DNA of 64,000 bases. Origin: Catajapyx aquilonaris (Eukaryota). Both the position numbers and the translations under genes were made by a program. Positions 1 through 18,100 of this stretch are shown in pieces; the first letter of the stretch is position 1; each line of letters starts with the position of its first letter. The DNA lies in contig KZ538505.1 of NCBI GenBank assembly GCA_000934665.2, positions 1 through 64,000 of the forward strand. The letters are read 5' to 3'. Below the pieces are notes generated by a model. It was not told the origin of the DNA, did not search any database, and saw only the letters and a list, made by a program, of their open reading frames with translations.

Positions 1-90
1 GGTTCCAATGGATACCACGGTCAGTCACTGGGGGGGAGGGGGGGTCAAAAAGTGGCCAAATATCGGTCACGTGGTATATGGACGACCCCT
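1..90. mobile_element. Right end of a Harbinger-type MITE
   Basis: Ends ...TATGGACGACCCCT|TA with G-runs, resembling common arthropod MITE termini. Left end lies outside the window. Confidence 0.45.
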
Positions 91-718
91 TACTAGTTTT
101 TGAGTTACGGTCTTCTTACATCTGACGGCAGTATAGACAGAAAACAATACTGTCACATGGCACGACTGAATGAATGTGGCACTAGTTGTGCACTAACATG
201 TAAAAACCATGACAAATGTATGATGGACAAAGTGCATGACAACTTGGAGCTGGTGCACATCTCATCCAATCCTGCAGCAGATAAGTTAGGGACAATGATT
301 CTGTTTGCTGAGGAACATACTTTTAACAGATACCGCAAATGTGCAAACTGATTACATGTTTGAATGGTATCTTGACGATGTTCCTGTTTTCCTCCTCTTT
401 TCAACCACAAGTGTGTGCAACTGACTAGTGGGGTTTTAATTAACATGTCCTTGTAGATTACACTGCTACCATCAGTCCAATAAATTTGAACATGCAGCGA
501 ATTATTTTTCACAACCTGGACTGCATTATATTTATTACCAATAAAGGGTTATTTATTTGGTTAGCTGCTTCTCTTGTTGTTACAAAACATTCCTCTCTAC
601 ATGATTGGTTGAATGAATCAATGGATAGACTGACCTGATATCTCCAACACAAGGGAGACACCAAATGGCCCACGTAAGTACTGTAACAGTCTTAGAACCA
701 ATTGGCTCCAATTCCAAT

Positions 719-6051
<5,333 letters not shown>

Positions 6052-6627
6052 CGCCACAGACACACATTCAGCACCGACAACCGGTTTTTCGCATTTTCAA
6101 ACAGTCGCCATGTTGGAGTCTGCCGAGCCGAAAGCCGATATTAGCCTAGCAGTTAGTAATCAATCGCCACAACTACTCTCTGCGATGGAGCTGCTACAAA
6201 TAGATGGTTGCTTGAAAACATCCGTCAACAAAAGATGCGGCATTATTTTTTTTGTCGAAGAACGAAAATTATGTATTCCACCGGTGCAGTCGTGGGAAGT
6301 GTTCTTTATTAAATCATGCTTTCCGATTAATAAAATTAAAAACAAATGCTTAGAACCACGCTTAGAGTAGCACCACAGAGAAGTAATAGCTACAATAAGC
6401 TGGGAAGCCGGTTAGCCATAGTTATCCTTCCAACCGGTTGCTACATGTTGGCGCTGAAGGTGCGGAACATTTATCAACACAATATATCAAACAGATAAAT
6501 TCAGTTTCACGTAAATATCGCTACTAATTTCCGTTATTCAATGAGGTACAGTACGTTGGCTTCCAAAGTACATAGAATTTTCAGCAGGAAAATCACGTTT
6601 CTCATCGTGGAAACATCGATGTCGGCA

Positions 6628-6635
6628 TATCGATA
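6628..6635. promoter_or_regulatory. DRE motif (TATCGATA) upstream of gwl
   Basis: Exact palindrome about 580 bp upstream of the ATG, with nearby near-matches (CATCGATG ~6614, AATCGATA ~6803) and a YY1-like CCAACATGGCG at ~6106-6116. Confidence 0.4.
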
Positions 6636-7999
6636 TTCCGATTCGTCCAGTTGGCGCTATTAATATTTTCATTGGGGGATGGATAATATGGCATCAATGA
6701 TTATTGTAGCATGTAACCGTCCTTACATCCTTCACACCACCTAAATTCTATAAATGCGAGAGCGGAAGGGCGAGCGATTCCTCCCCTTCTAGGTGTGCGA
6801 AGAATCGATATTGGGTTTGCGGCGATGCCTCAATCGTATAATGATAATTACTCAGATAGATCATTTGCGTTACAAAACTGAAGCTCCAATCTTCACAATT
6901 ACGTAGTTTTTACGGTCGTATGATGGCCAGTCTGGGTATTCCCAGGAGAAAAAGGTAAGACTAAGTGGCAGTGCTGGCAGGGGAGCAGAAGGTGGCAGGA
7001 GGTGAGCACCCTACACTCTTCCCCACCACTGACACTGCCTCTGACAACAACATTGTAAAAAAATAATTCTATGGACGACTGACTTTCATCTCACTGGCGT
7101 TTACTAGTGATAGTTGGGGGAGTCCTACATTTCTCCAATGTGGTTATTTGCCAAATGTTATGAAACAATTAATACCGTGCTGTAAAATGTGATTGGCAAA
7201 CACGTTTCTCACTAGTACGGCAGAAAAATGTGCTTTGTTGTCTGCATCAGTACTGGACAATCCTTTGAAATTTCCCTAACCTGGAAAACTTTCATAGACA
7301 CAGGCAACAATCGTGCACAAAAAAGCAGGCACCTAAATGCAACACTGAAAATAACGTCAAATAAATATATTACCATCCAAAAATTTGGATACGTCACTCC
7401 TCTATTTATTAGAAATTTCTGGAGCTGCAGTCTTGGATTTCACTTCCCATTACAATACATCTAGTAATCATTAAAAGGAGCAATTTTGGACAAGCATATA
7501 CTAATTTACAGTCACTCAAAATATGATACACAATGTACAAGTCTTTACAGAGGTCAGCTGGTTTAACTTAAGTTGGGTTTCAGGTTCTGAGTGCTATAAA
7601 CTTCATAAATAGGGGTACAGATCCTTTACAAAATAGAACACATTAAAAAATACAGCATTTTTTAAAGAAAAAGTAGAAAGAGGTAGTGACAAGAGGTATT
7701 GTCAAGACAGAATTAGAATCACCCTGAAACTGATCACAATTTTCAGGAAATAAATAAATAAAAATGTCAGTACAATCCATGAGGACATCTTCCATATGTG
7801 TACAAATTGTTATGCACAATACAAAACCTAGTAATGCAATTCCTTGTTTGACTGAAAATATGAATAAAGCAACACTATCTGCAGGTACATCATCCTTGCC
7901 AGCTTGCATAAATCTTGTACTTGACACATCTCACAACTTAGGGCTTGTTGGACCAGGTCAGATACATTAAGAATCTTAGGTTCTTGCCTCTGTTTGATT

Positions 8000-8295
8000 A
8001 ATTAATGTTTAGGTAGTGCTTTGAGCCCTTTGTGGGCTACGTTGCACAGACCTTAATTATTTTCATGCCCCATGAAACAGGCTGGAACCTTTATTGTGGA
8101 AGGCCAGGGTGCAAGGTGCAAGTGCTATGTCATTTCTTGGTCATTTTGTGACTTCCCCAAGGTGGTTATTCTCAAGAAATCCCATCAGAGATGAAACCAC
8201 AAACAACCTATCTCTGCATGAGATGAAAGGGGGAAGACCTGGCTTGGGATCAAACCTGGAACTCTTCCATGCATGGGCATGTACGTTACTGCAGC
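8000..8295 (-). mobile_element. Degenerate tRNA-derived SINE in putative ptc 3' UTR/flank
   Basis: Minus strand shows a B-box-like GGTTTGATCCC and the GCACTTGCAC motif shared with the SINEs at 10997 and 57137. Confidence 0.45.
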
Positions 8296-9150
8296 ACTAC
8301 TCCACCTACTTTATAGCCTGATGTAACAGTACACAATGTTTTTCTTTTCTGTCAAATTGAGATTGGACACATTCAGAATCTCCCAAGTCAGATTCTCAAT
8401 GTGTCTGACCTGGTGCAACTAGCCATTATGTGAAAAACTTGGCATTTTCAACTGTATACAAAATGGCATCCTTGGCTCTTGGCTCAAATTTCGAGTCAAG
8501 ATAATAAATGTTATTGTGATTGTGAGCAATGATGCAATACGGCCACAACAATGCTCATGGCCAGAAATGTCAATCGCAATGGTAAAGGCATGTTGAAAAA
8601 AATCCATTCATAAGTGTTGTCACTGAAGTGCTTTTTTTCCTGTTTGGCTAAAGTACTTTTTTGCCCCTCCTATAAAATAAATATTTCTGAGACACAAGGT
8701 ATTGCACTGCACATAACAACAGATTACTTCTAATACTCTTCACCTGTTTGGCAGTCTAGCTGCTACCACCTCTTTTGTACATGTTTAAATGCACAGTGAG
8801 TATTTGTAACCAGAATGAGGGAGGTGGAAATATTTTCCCACCAATCCTTTTTCTAACAGCTGAATAGCTAGTAAATTAAGCAGAGATATGGAGACAGAGA
8901 TAAAATCCAAGCTCTCACTCATCCTAGATGTGTGTTGATTGAAACTTTTTCCCTCTTTGAGGTATTGGTATACATTGTTTATAAAAATACTGACTGAAGG
9001 TGTTTTGGGGTGGCAGGACTGGGAAACAGGGTGGATGGAGGTTATATATAAAAAATGACTTAGCACCAAAAGTTATGTTATGACCACATCCGAAGTTGAG
9101 GTCTCCACCTGGTAGACCATTAAGTGTTTATCTCCCGCAAGGAGGTGTCC

Positions 9151-12100
9151 TCACCTTGCCCGGTCACTTGTCTCACTCTCTACTCCCTCTTCTTCTTCTG
9201 ACCCCTTCCCACTACCAGATGATGCTGATGAAGTGGAAGAAGTGGATGAAGCTGTGGATGAACAGCTGCTACTCAAGCTGCTCCCTACGCTGCTGGCAAC
9301 ACTGCTCCCCACACTCTCACCTCCCACATCTCTTTTCCGCCTCTCATGACTCCGATGCTCACATTCAATTGTCTGTGGAATAGCTCCATGCACTTCCACC
9401 TTCACTTTTGTCCTTGCAGTCACAGTGGCAGTCACTACAGGCAGTGATGATAAGCCATTCTGGGGGCCATCTGGAGTTGAACAGGTTGATTTGCCCACTC
9501 CACTTGAACCCTTTTTATGAGGGAATGAAGGTTAGTTGGTTAGAGTGACAGCAACCGAGGATGGTCATGTGATGTTCACACTAAAATCTCATTTAACCCT
9601 ATTCTAGTGATTGCTAAAGCTTGAAACTGGTTAGGCACTGCTTCTACATTAATCAAAAAGGATGTCCTAATATCCAGTATCCAAAGTTTATAATGATTAG
9701 CATATCCAGAAAGGTAAGATTCTCTGGGTGTAAAATGTGTTTAAAGAGTTCTCTGACGAGACTGTGCTGCAGCATAACACACAACTTTGCTATTATTGCT
9801 CATAATAACCACATGAATCAGGCATTTGTTGAATCATGGGATCAGCTTTTGTACAACATTGTCAAGATCACCAGCACCACTTTCTTCCCTATGTCACTCT
9901 CTAATTTTGGCCTCAAAAAATTTCCTGAGGAGCAGAAGCACATGTGAAAATTATTGTCAGTACAATACCAGGTCTGCATGAAAGATGCTCAAATTCCCCA
10001 CCCGAACTCTTGCCCGCTGCAGCCCTTCACGCACATTAATCTAAGAAGTATCTGACAGAATTCTCCAGGCATTCCTGGTTTTGAACCAAGTGAATTCACT
10101 GTTTCCCACCTAAGATTTGACTTAGTGGTAGGCATCCCTGACAAAGGCATACCAAATACGGTTACAGGGTATGGCAAGTGCTGCAACTGACATGCTCTTT
10201 GTGTGCGTGCAACAATGGTTCAGAGGACATTCCATCATGCTTCATTATAGTTTTTTAGGGTGAAATCCTTGGACATTTTCATGCTCAAAAGATCATTACT
10301 TTCGGAACACACTCACACATATGTGAGTGCATATTGCAGAAAGCTTGTGTTAGTTTTCTCATAGGATGACACTCCATAGCTGATATCACTTGCATGATTG
10401 TGGTACTAGAGGCATATTAATATTCAATACGTAATCCCTCAGCCAATATTTGTTTACTTTAAAATCAATGCAGATCTGATAAATAAATCTGTGCCATCAG
10501 CTTCCTAACACTCCAAAAAATACTAATTCAGCAATCAATATGGCATTTATATAAAAATTTATCAAAACTTACTGAAACGAGCCTTGGCCTGCAGGTAGTC
10601 TCCACCACTACCTCTGGCTTGACAACCACCTCTGCATGTGAAGACCTAGATGACCTAGAGGATGGTTCCTCTGAGATAGTTGTTAGGGATAACTGGGACT
10701 GAGCTCTTGGACAGCTACCCCTCCTACTTCTTCTACCTCCACTCAACCGATTTTGACCAGTTCCACTCAAGGGCCCAGATGAAGAGGTGGTACTGGTTGA
10801 GGATGAGCCTGGAGCTGGACACCGCATCACTCGGGGGGCTCTCTCTCTCACAGGAGATGGCTCAGGGCTTGGCGTTGCTATTCGCTCACCACCCTCTTTT
10901 GGAACCACCTGTAGAGTTAATTGTCTCAAATTATAACCAGGCTACAAGCTGGCTGGACTCTGCACAACAGTATGGAAAACAAAGCGCATCATTTGGGGGA
11001 AAGGTGTGGTGGCCGACATGGTAACGTCTCGGCTTGCTGAGTGAAAGGTCCCAGGTTCGATCCCCGCAGCCTAGGACTTCCCTTTCACCTAGTTTGGGAG
11101 GGTCTCTGACCTGCACCTTTGGAGGTGTCTGGCAACCTAACCTCCTGGGGGATTGCACATGGCCCAACCTTGAGACATTGCACTTGCACCCGTGTCCCCT
11201 CCCCAAAAATCCCTATCCTCTCCCATTGTCCTGTTTCCTTGCACTGGAGATTGAAGAATAAGTACAAGAAAATTGATGGTGGTGTACCACCCCCAAAAAG
11301 GCCTAGTACGGGTACAATAAATATATAATATAAAAAATATAAATATAAGTGCATCATTTGGCATTGTTTTCATTATATGAAAAAAAGATGAATTTCATTA
11401 CTTCCATAAATGAGCACAAGTTATGATCATATCTCTTTCAAACATTTCACACTCCTTGGAAGGAATTGTGTAGTGACTAGTGATGCATCACAGGAAGCAA
11501 CAAAATTCTTTCACATGTAAGTGTATTAAGAGAAGAGTCGAGTATTAAGAATTGAACCATGCTTGACTGCAAAATCTTCATTAAATACTTGGGCATGATT
11601 TCCTACATCTAGGAACATGCACAACTCAGAAATTACCCATCTCATTCAATGAAATTGGTGAAGACTTACCTCAGCAGCTGGTCCAAATAATGACAGCAAG
11701 ACTGGGAAGAAGAACATCCCATTAAGTAGCGCCAGCAGTACTGAGGCACACATAACGTAGAAGAAGTACTTGAGCACAAAGTCAAACTCTGCCAGGGCGA
11801 GCATGAATACACCAAGAAGTGTTGACATGGCTGCATGCAAGAGGGGTGGTGCCAGATGTTTGATGACCAGCCTCACTCTTCTTTCCTTTCCACCCACTCC
11901 AGTCACAAAACCCAGTAGCATCAATCCCTCAAGATGAACTCCAAGGGCCACACTAGACACCAAAACCACAGCAGGTACAGCACTCAGACGTAACCCCAAC
12001 CACCCCATTGCTCCCAACAATTGAAGCACCAAGGCAGCTAGAGAAAGAACTAATAAAAGAGCAGCCCATGGGTCCAACAAAAGGGCAAGGATGGTGAGTC

Positions 12101-15100
12101 CACCAGCAGCCAAGGCTGCTGTAAGGGCAAGTCCAAGATGGGCCCAAAGTCTCAGGTACTGCTCCCAGAAGGCAAATGGAAGTCCCAATGGAAAGTTTGG
12201 GAGGCCTTCTTCACGGAATCGCCTGCACACTTCACGCACTTCTTCTATAACAGAAGTGACAACGTGGGTGTTGGATAGACCACGCAGCTGGAAAGGCATC
12301 TGGGCATACATCAGGGCTGGAGATTTAGGTATTTTTAACTCCACATCACCAGCCACATGGAACCAGCTGCGGGGCTCTGGTCTCAATGATGCCTGAAAGA
12401 TTACATGTTCATGTTTAAGCAAATCAGAAAGACATTCTCTATCCCACCGTGAAAAATGGAAAAACTCAATAAAACAAAGTAAAAAGAGAATTGCACCTGC
12501 AATGCACAACATGCTATTCATGTTAGATCATAGGAGTGCAAATAAATTTATCTTCATTAATTTAGTAGTGGAGATGTGAATCCCACATAACCAAATGATA
12601 ATAATGAAGTGGGAAAAATGGCTTGTAAGTGGTCATGTATAAAAAGAAGGTGAGATATGGTTATCCAAGCCCTGAAAAGACAGGTGCTGCGTGTCTCTCT
12701 CCAAACCAATATATTTTCCACCCAAAGGTATCTCATCAGGACTAATTTCAGCTTGGAAAAATAGGTATAGGTCAGTAAATGGCTAGCAGGATGAACCAAG
12801 CCTTACATAACTTGTTATGATGTATCTAACATGCATTCATCTAACCTGGGAGGCACTGTAGGCTAATGCATCATTGGATACCCAGGCTGTGAGGTAGTTG
12901 TAAAAAGCTTTTGGGTTGATAATGCCATCTGCATCCACCAAACGATTGGTGGCCACTCGAGCCTTGTCCACTGGATTGTCCACATGACCCGTCTGCACCA
13001 GCAACTTGTATGCAAGGACCCCCTCGTCAGTTGCATTAGGGTACCACCGTTCACGAGTAATACTTCCAGCTGCATAGTCACGATCAAATGCATCCTGCAG
13101 GTCTGTAAAAATAAGGTCAAGTCAGCTTTGTGAGTGATATGGTGTGGATGTGTGCCTTTCCAGCATTAAGGGGAGAGGAATCTGAATTTTACAAATCAAT
13201 GAAAAATAAGGCATGGCTCAGAATCTCTGGGGTATATTTAGGGATGGTTGTATAAGATACTCTTTGCATATTCCTACCTGGGATCCTCCCACAGTCCCAC
13301 CCAGTAGCATGCATTGGTGAGAGAAAAAATCCCTCCTATGAGTGTCCCTAGAGGTACGAGAGATTTACACAACTGGCCTTACTCTCCCAGATATTGCCAA
13401 GTCAGTATTAAATGCATAATACACTTAGGTTGCATGTCAGACTCACCCAGAAGCCAGTCTCGAAAGAGAGAGAGCCAGAAATCAGGCAGTCCTCCATCAT
13501 CATTCTTGAGGATATGCTCTACCTGGACAAATGAGCGGTGGTATCTGTACAGCAGCCTCTGATTGGTGGGGTATTCAAAGTTTCCCTGAGTCACAGCATA
13601 CATGTGGTAGAACCCAAAGTGCTTCTCCTGGGCCTCTAGGAATGCCTGCTCATTGGTTCCCTGTGGGACTAAGTCAGCCAGCGAAAGTCCTTCCTCCACT
13701 TTGGTGGCACCCCATATGCTCCCTGCCAGCACCATTGCAAACACTGCCGATGCTACCACCTGCAAGCCAATGCACAATCTTAATTTCGTGCCCTAATAAA
13801 GTACAATACTGAGCTACACAACAATGGGAGAAACAAAAATACTTACTTTGACTGGTGTGGAAGTGATGAACCTGGCATAATACTCATGCAAGAAACAGCC
13901 TACGACACTGGCAGCACACCCATCTTGTGGCATTTGGAAGTGGCAATCCATTCCCCACCAGCCCCACTTCTTCCCTTTTCCATTCGCTCTCTTCAGCAGA
14001 TCTTTACTGGAAGCCGTTGTAGCCAGAGATTCCACGGATGCTGTGCCACCCTGGTTTATAAATTTTCACTGAGTAAAAGATATACATAAAACATAAAACG
14101 TGATTAGCATCCTTTTAACTAACCTGTCTGGGATGATTACTTCCAGTCTTGCATTGAGTATATGATTTAGGGTGCTTTCCCTGAAGCCGAGTTAAGTGTG
14201 AAAAGGGCTTCCCACGAGGTATGGCTGTAACAAGTACAACCGGTGCAGGCCTGCTGTTGTACATGATCACAGTATCTACTGGTTCAGTGGCCACTACACT
14301 CTCCAATACATCTGTCCCTTTCGCTGTAAAGCAGCACACAACATCTAATCGATTGGCCCTCCTGCGGCGGAAATCTAAGCTCATCATTGCTGGGAAGATC
14401 AGCAGCATCGCTGCTGTGTTGGTGGCTGTCACCACTGCAGCCTGTCATGTGAAAAAGGTAATATTTATTGTTTTGTAACAAGTTTTCTTCAATAGCAAAA
14501 CAGACAATAATACAGTGCAATGGCCCAATTTTTCCCCTCTGTAAGAAGGCCCTGCTTTTATCGGCATGCAGCAACATGCAGGATAATATGGTATTACTAA
14601 GTTCCTATTTTTTATTATGGTTACCTGCAATGAAAAAGCTCTCAGAGCTGGCACTGGAATGATGGCTGCTGCTAAGAAGGCACATGCAGTGCAAAAAGAT
14701 GTCAGAAGCACACAAGATCCTGTCCTTTTTAGCACCTCTCCAGTGAGATCCTGAAATGATATAGCAAAATTATTAGACCTTTACTTTGCATCACCCACTT
14801 GTGAACTGTTGATTTTTACAAGCACTAATCTGCCAATAATATCAACAGTCTACTGCTACTGGAAACAGAAATCCAAAATAATTATATGAAATCAAATTTC
14901 TCAGTTTCTAACCTGGTGATGGACGAAGTCATCTCCTGCACACTCTGAGTATCCGTATACAAGAAAAAACATGCTGTCAACACCTAGTCCTAAGGCTAGA
15001 AAGGGAAGGATCTGAGTCGTGGCAGCATTGAAGGGAATTCCCAACAGGGCACAGCAGCCAAGCCCAGCAGCAACTGCACTAGCAGCCAGCAGAACACCAG

Positions 15101-18100
15101 CAGCTCCCAGGCCGCTCTGTGAGTGAAGGCCATCTGCCCATCGCAGAAGTGCAAGGCTTGCATATACAACCTAAAAAAAAAGGCACAAATGCAGCACAAA
15201 ATTAGACGAAACTGCTTTTCAATTTTAAATAGAGAGAAAAGCAAGGTACATTAAATACTCCTGTTGCTTATTGTTAATGTTCTAATGGAAAAGATGAAAT
15301 AGACAGACATACTTGAAATGCATGTGTCAATCGCACTGGGATCACACTATACAGGCATTTTCGATAAAAGTGTAAAAATACATGCCAGCATTAACTTTTG
15401 TGACATGACACTGGAAACATGTGAGCACGTGACTTGTGGTGAACATAATGCCTATTTTCATCGCAAAATAACCCCTGCATTTTCAGTTTTCACACTCAAC
15501 ATGTAGATGACTGTGTTGCACAATACAGAATCTTCAAGTGTTTGTCTTGTGAATGGCTTGACACATAATTATGTATCAGAGAAATCTGTGATGAATACTC
15601 TATCTTCCTCATTAGTGTCACTGGAATAATGTCATCCAGTAGCTCATTATTTTTTCAAATACATGATGCACAGAGCGGTTATTCTTTTCTCATTAAGAAT
15701 TTTTAATGTCTAAAATTCCTGCAGAGCACTTAAGCCCCTGCAACCAGCCAAATCCACTTTTCCTGCTGAAAAAGTCTAAAATCTCTACAGGTGAGACATA
15801 CCATAAGGACAATTCCTACAGCCAGCTGTGGTGCACTTGACTTTGAGAAGTCCTGCAGAATGGCATCCAGAGCTGAGGTGGAGAATGTATGTATGTGGCT
15901 CCAGCGACTTCCGTTAAAACTTCTAACCTCTCTCAACAGTTCCTGTTGTATAAGTGGAGGAAAAAAAGTCATGGTTATTGTGATCCTTGGGTTTTATCGC
16001 AGCACTGAGAGACCTAATCCTAATATAAAGTTCAATTCTACATCAAAGTTAGAATGAAATAGTATTACAATGCTTTGCAAGCATAACTTCCAAAGAAGTT
16101 TTACATCCAATCCTTCTGAATCCTTCCCTCTCTGATCTTTGTCACTCCAGTGTATTCCATACCTTGGTGAACTTATCCCTCCAAGACTGAAGAACAAACT
16201 TGGCCTTGGCCATAGTCCAGTCCAGCCCATCTACCTTCCAAGTGTCAGACCAAAAAGTATACAGTTCAGCATGGTTCATGAGTTGAAAGGTGGTCTGAAA
16301 TGCTTGTGCCCGAAGAACATGCCCTGATCTGTTCCTTGTGACTCCTCCTAGTAGAAGTTCCTCTGACCAGTGCATGAAACGTGTGGCAAACCCAGAGCAC
16401 CCACCAGTCAGCTCTGCTGCAACATCTGGAGGGTGCTCATGACCTTTGTTGGGTGCTGTTGCTGGGCACTCAGGATCCCATGGGTTCAGGCATGGCTTCT
16501 CTTGGTATCCACTGGTTATCCCAGCCTGCAGATATAAGGTAGTATTTAGTGAAACACCAATAATTTTGGCATAAAAATTGCAAATTCTTGTGAATGTCCA
16601 TAATGTAGCATTCAATTCATACATCCTATTTTTTATGTACACATATGTTCAGTTCATACCATATCTCAACATTTGATATTAATTCTCCTTCCCTTGCTAT
16701 AGAAAGACTACTGTCAAGTAAGATCAAGAACTTGAGGTGCATAATAATTTTAATATGAAAAGTGAAAGACTTGCATAAGTTATCATGGATAGGATCGATG
16801 CTTTGAATGTTTTTTATTGCTTATTTTGTAAGGTTAGACTTTTTTATCATTATTAATTATTATTATTTTATTTTAAAGATATATCCCGTGCAGACCCCGT
16901 GCTAGAGCCATGGGCTCTCTTAGGGGAGTGGATTACCACTATCGTGCAGGGACAGGGTAGGGATAGGAGGGGGGGACACTGGTGCATGTGCAATGTCTCA
17001 AGTTGGGGGTCGTGTACAGTCCCTCAGGGGGTCCGTTCGCCATAGATGACCCCCTAGATGCGGGTCAGAAACTCCCGCCTGACCCGAACCTCCTCCAGGA
17101 CAGGGAACAGAAGGAAGCGGCTGTGGCCTATTTTACGGTACGATCCCGGAAATTATTCCTGGAGCGACCTTGGGAAACCACAGAAAACCAAGGTCAGGAT
17201 CGCCGGCCTCCGGGATTCGAACCCAGGACCTCCCGATTAGCAGTCGGACACCATATCCACTACACCACTACTGCTTCAGTGTGTAAGGTCAGACTTGGAT
17301 GCCATGAAAATATTTTTGTGTTATCATACATCACCAGGTTTCCTAAAATGGCTCAAAATCGCAACAGAAAGCAAGAAAAGATAATGTTTATATTCTGGTG
17401 ATAATAAACAATGCTACTGGGAAATCGCGAGTCTGAGGCCCGATAGGGTGACACCATATAAAACGTCCTGATTATGTCAGCAAATGCCTACCATATGGAG
17501 AAATACATCCATTACATTTATTCTTCGCCTACATTGTTATTCTTAAATCCTCCTGAGCCCCTCCCTTTTTCTTACACACTACAAAAGTAGTGGCATGTGC
17601 AGTGGGTGGCATGTACAAATAACTTTTACAGTAGACCTGCAGATGTTTATCAAGGTCAATGTGACAGGTTTAAAGTTCCAGTTCTTTTTTTACATGATTA
17701 GTTTTTTTGGGCGCCCAAAGTAACATTGAATGACTGCACTGATTCATCTCTCATGGCATGCCGCGTACAGTATTTGCCAAGTTTACCACGCACCGCATGT
17801 CAACAAATGAACTGTAGGTCAATGAATTCAGTTTCGCATCCGCATGTGCAGAAAACAAATAGTCGTATTCTGGAACATTCCCACGCGTTTTTGGCATACC
17901 ACATGCCCGAAAAGAAGGAATCCAACAGCTGCTGCGTATCCGGCAAAAGGGCAGCCGAGCCGTGTTGCGACATGTGGCCGGTCGGATGGACAGATGGAAG
18001 GATGGAGGGGGTGATATGAAGTGCCATCCTTACCCTCTTCATAAAGTCCTGGAGAGTGGAAAAGGGGAAGTTGAAGCCCATCGCCTTGATCCTCTCCAGC

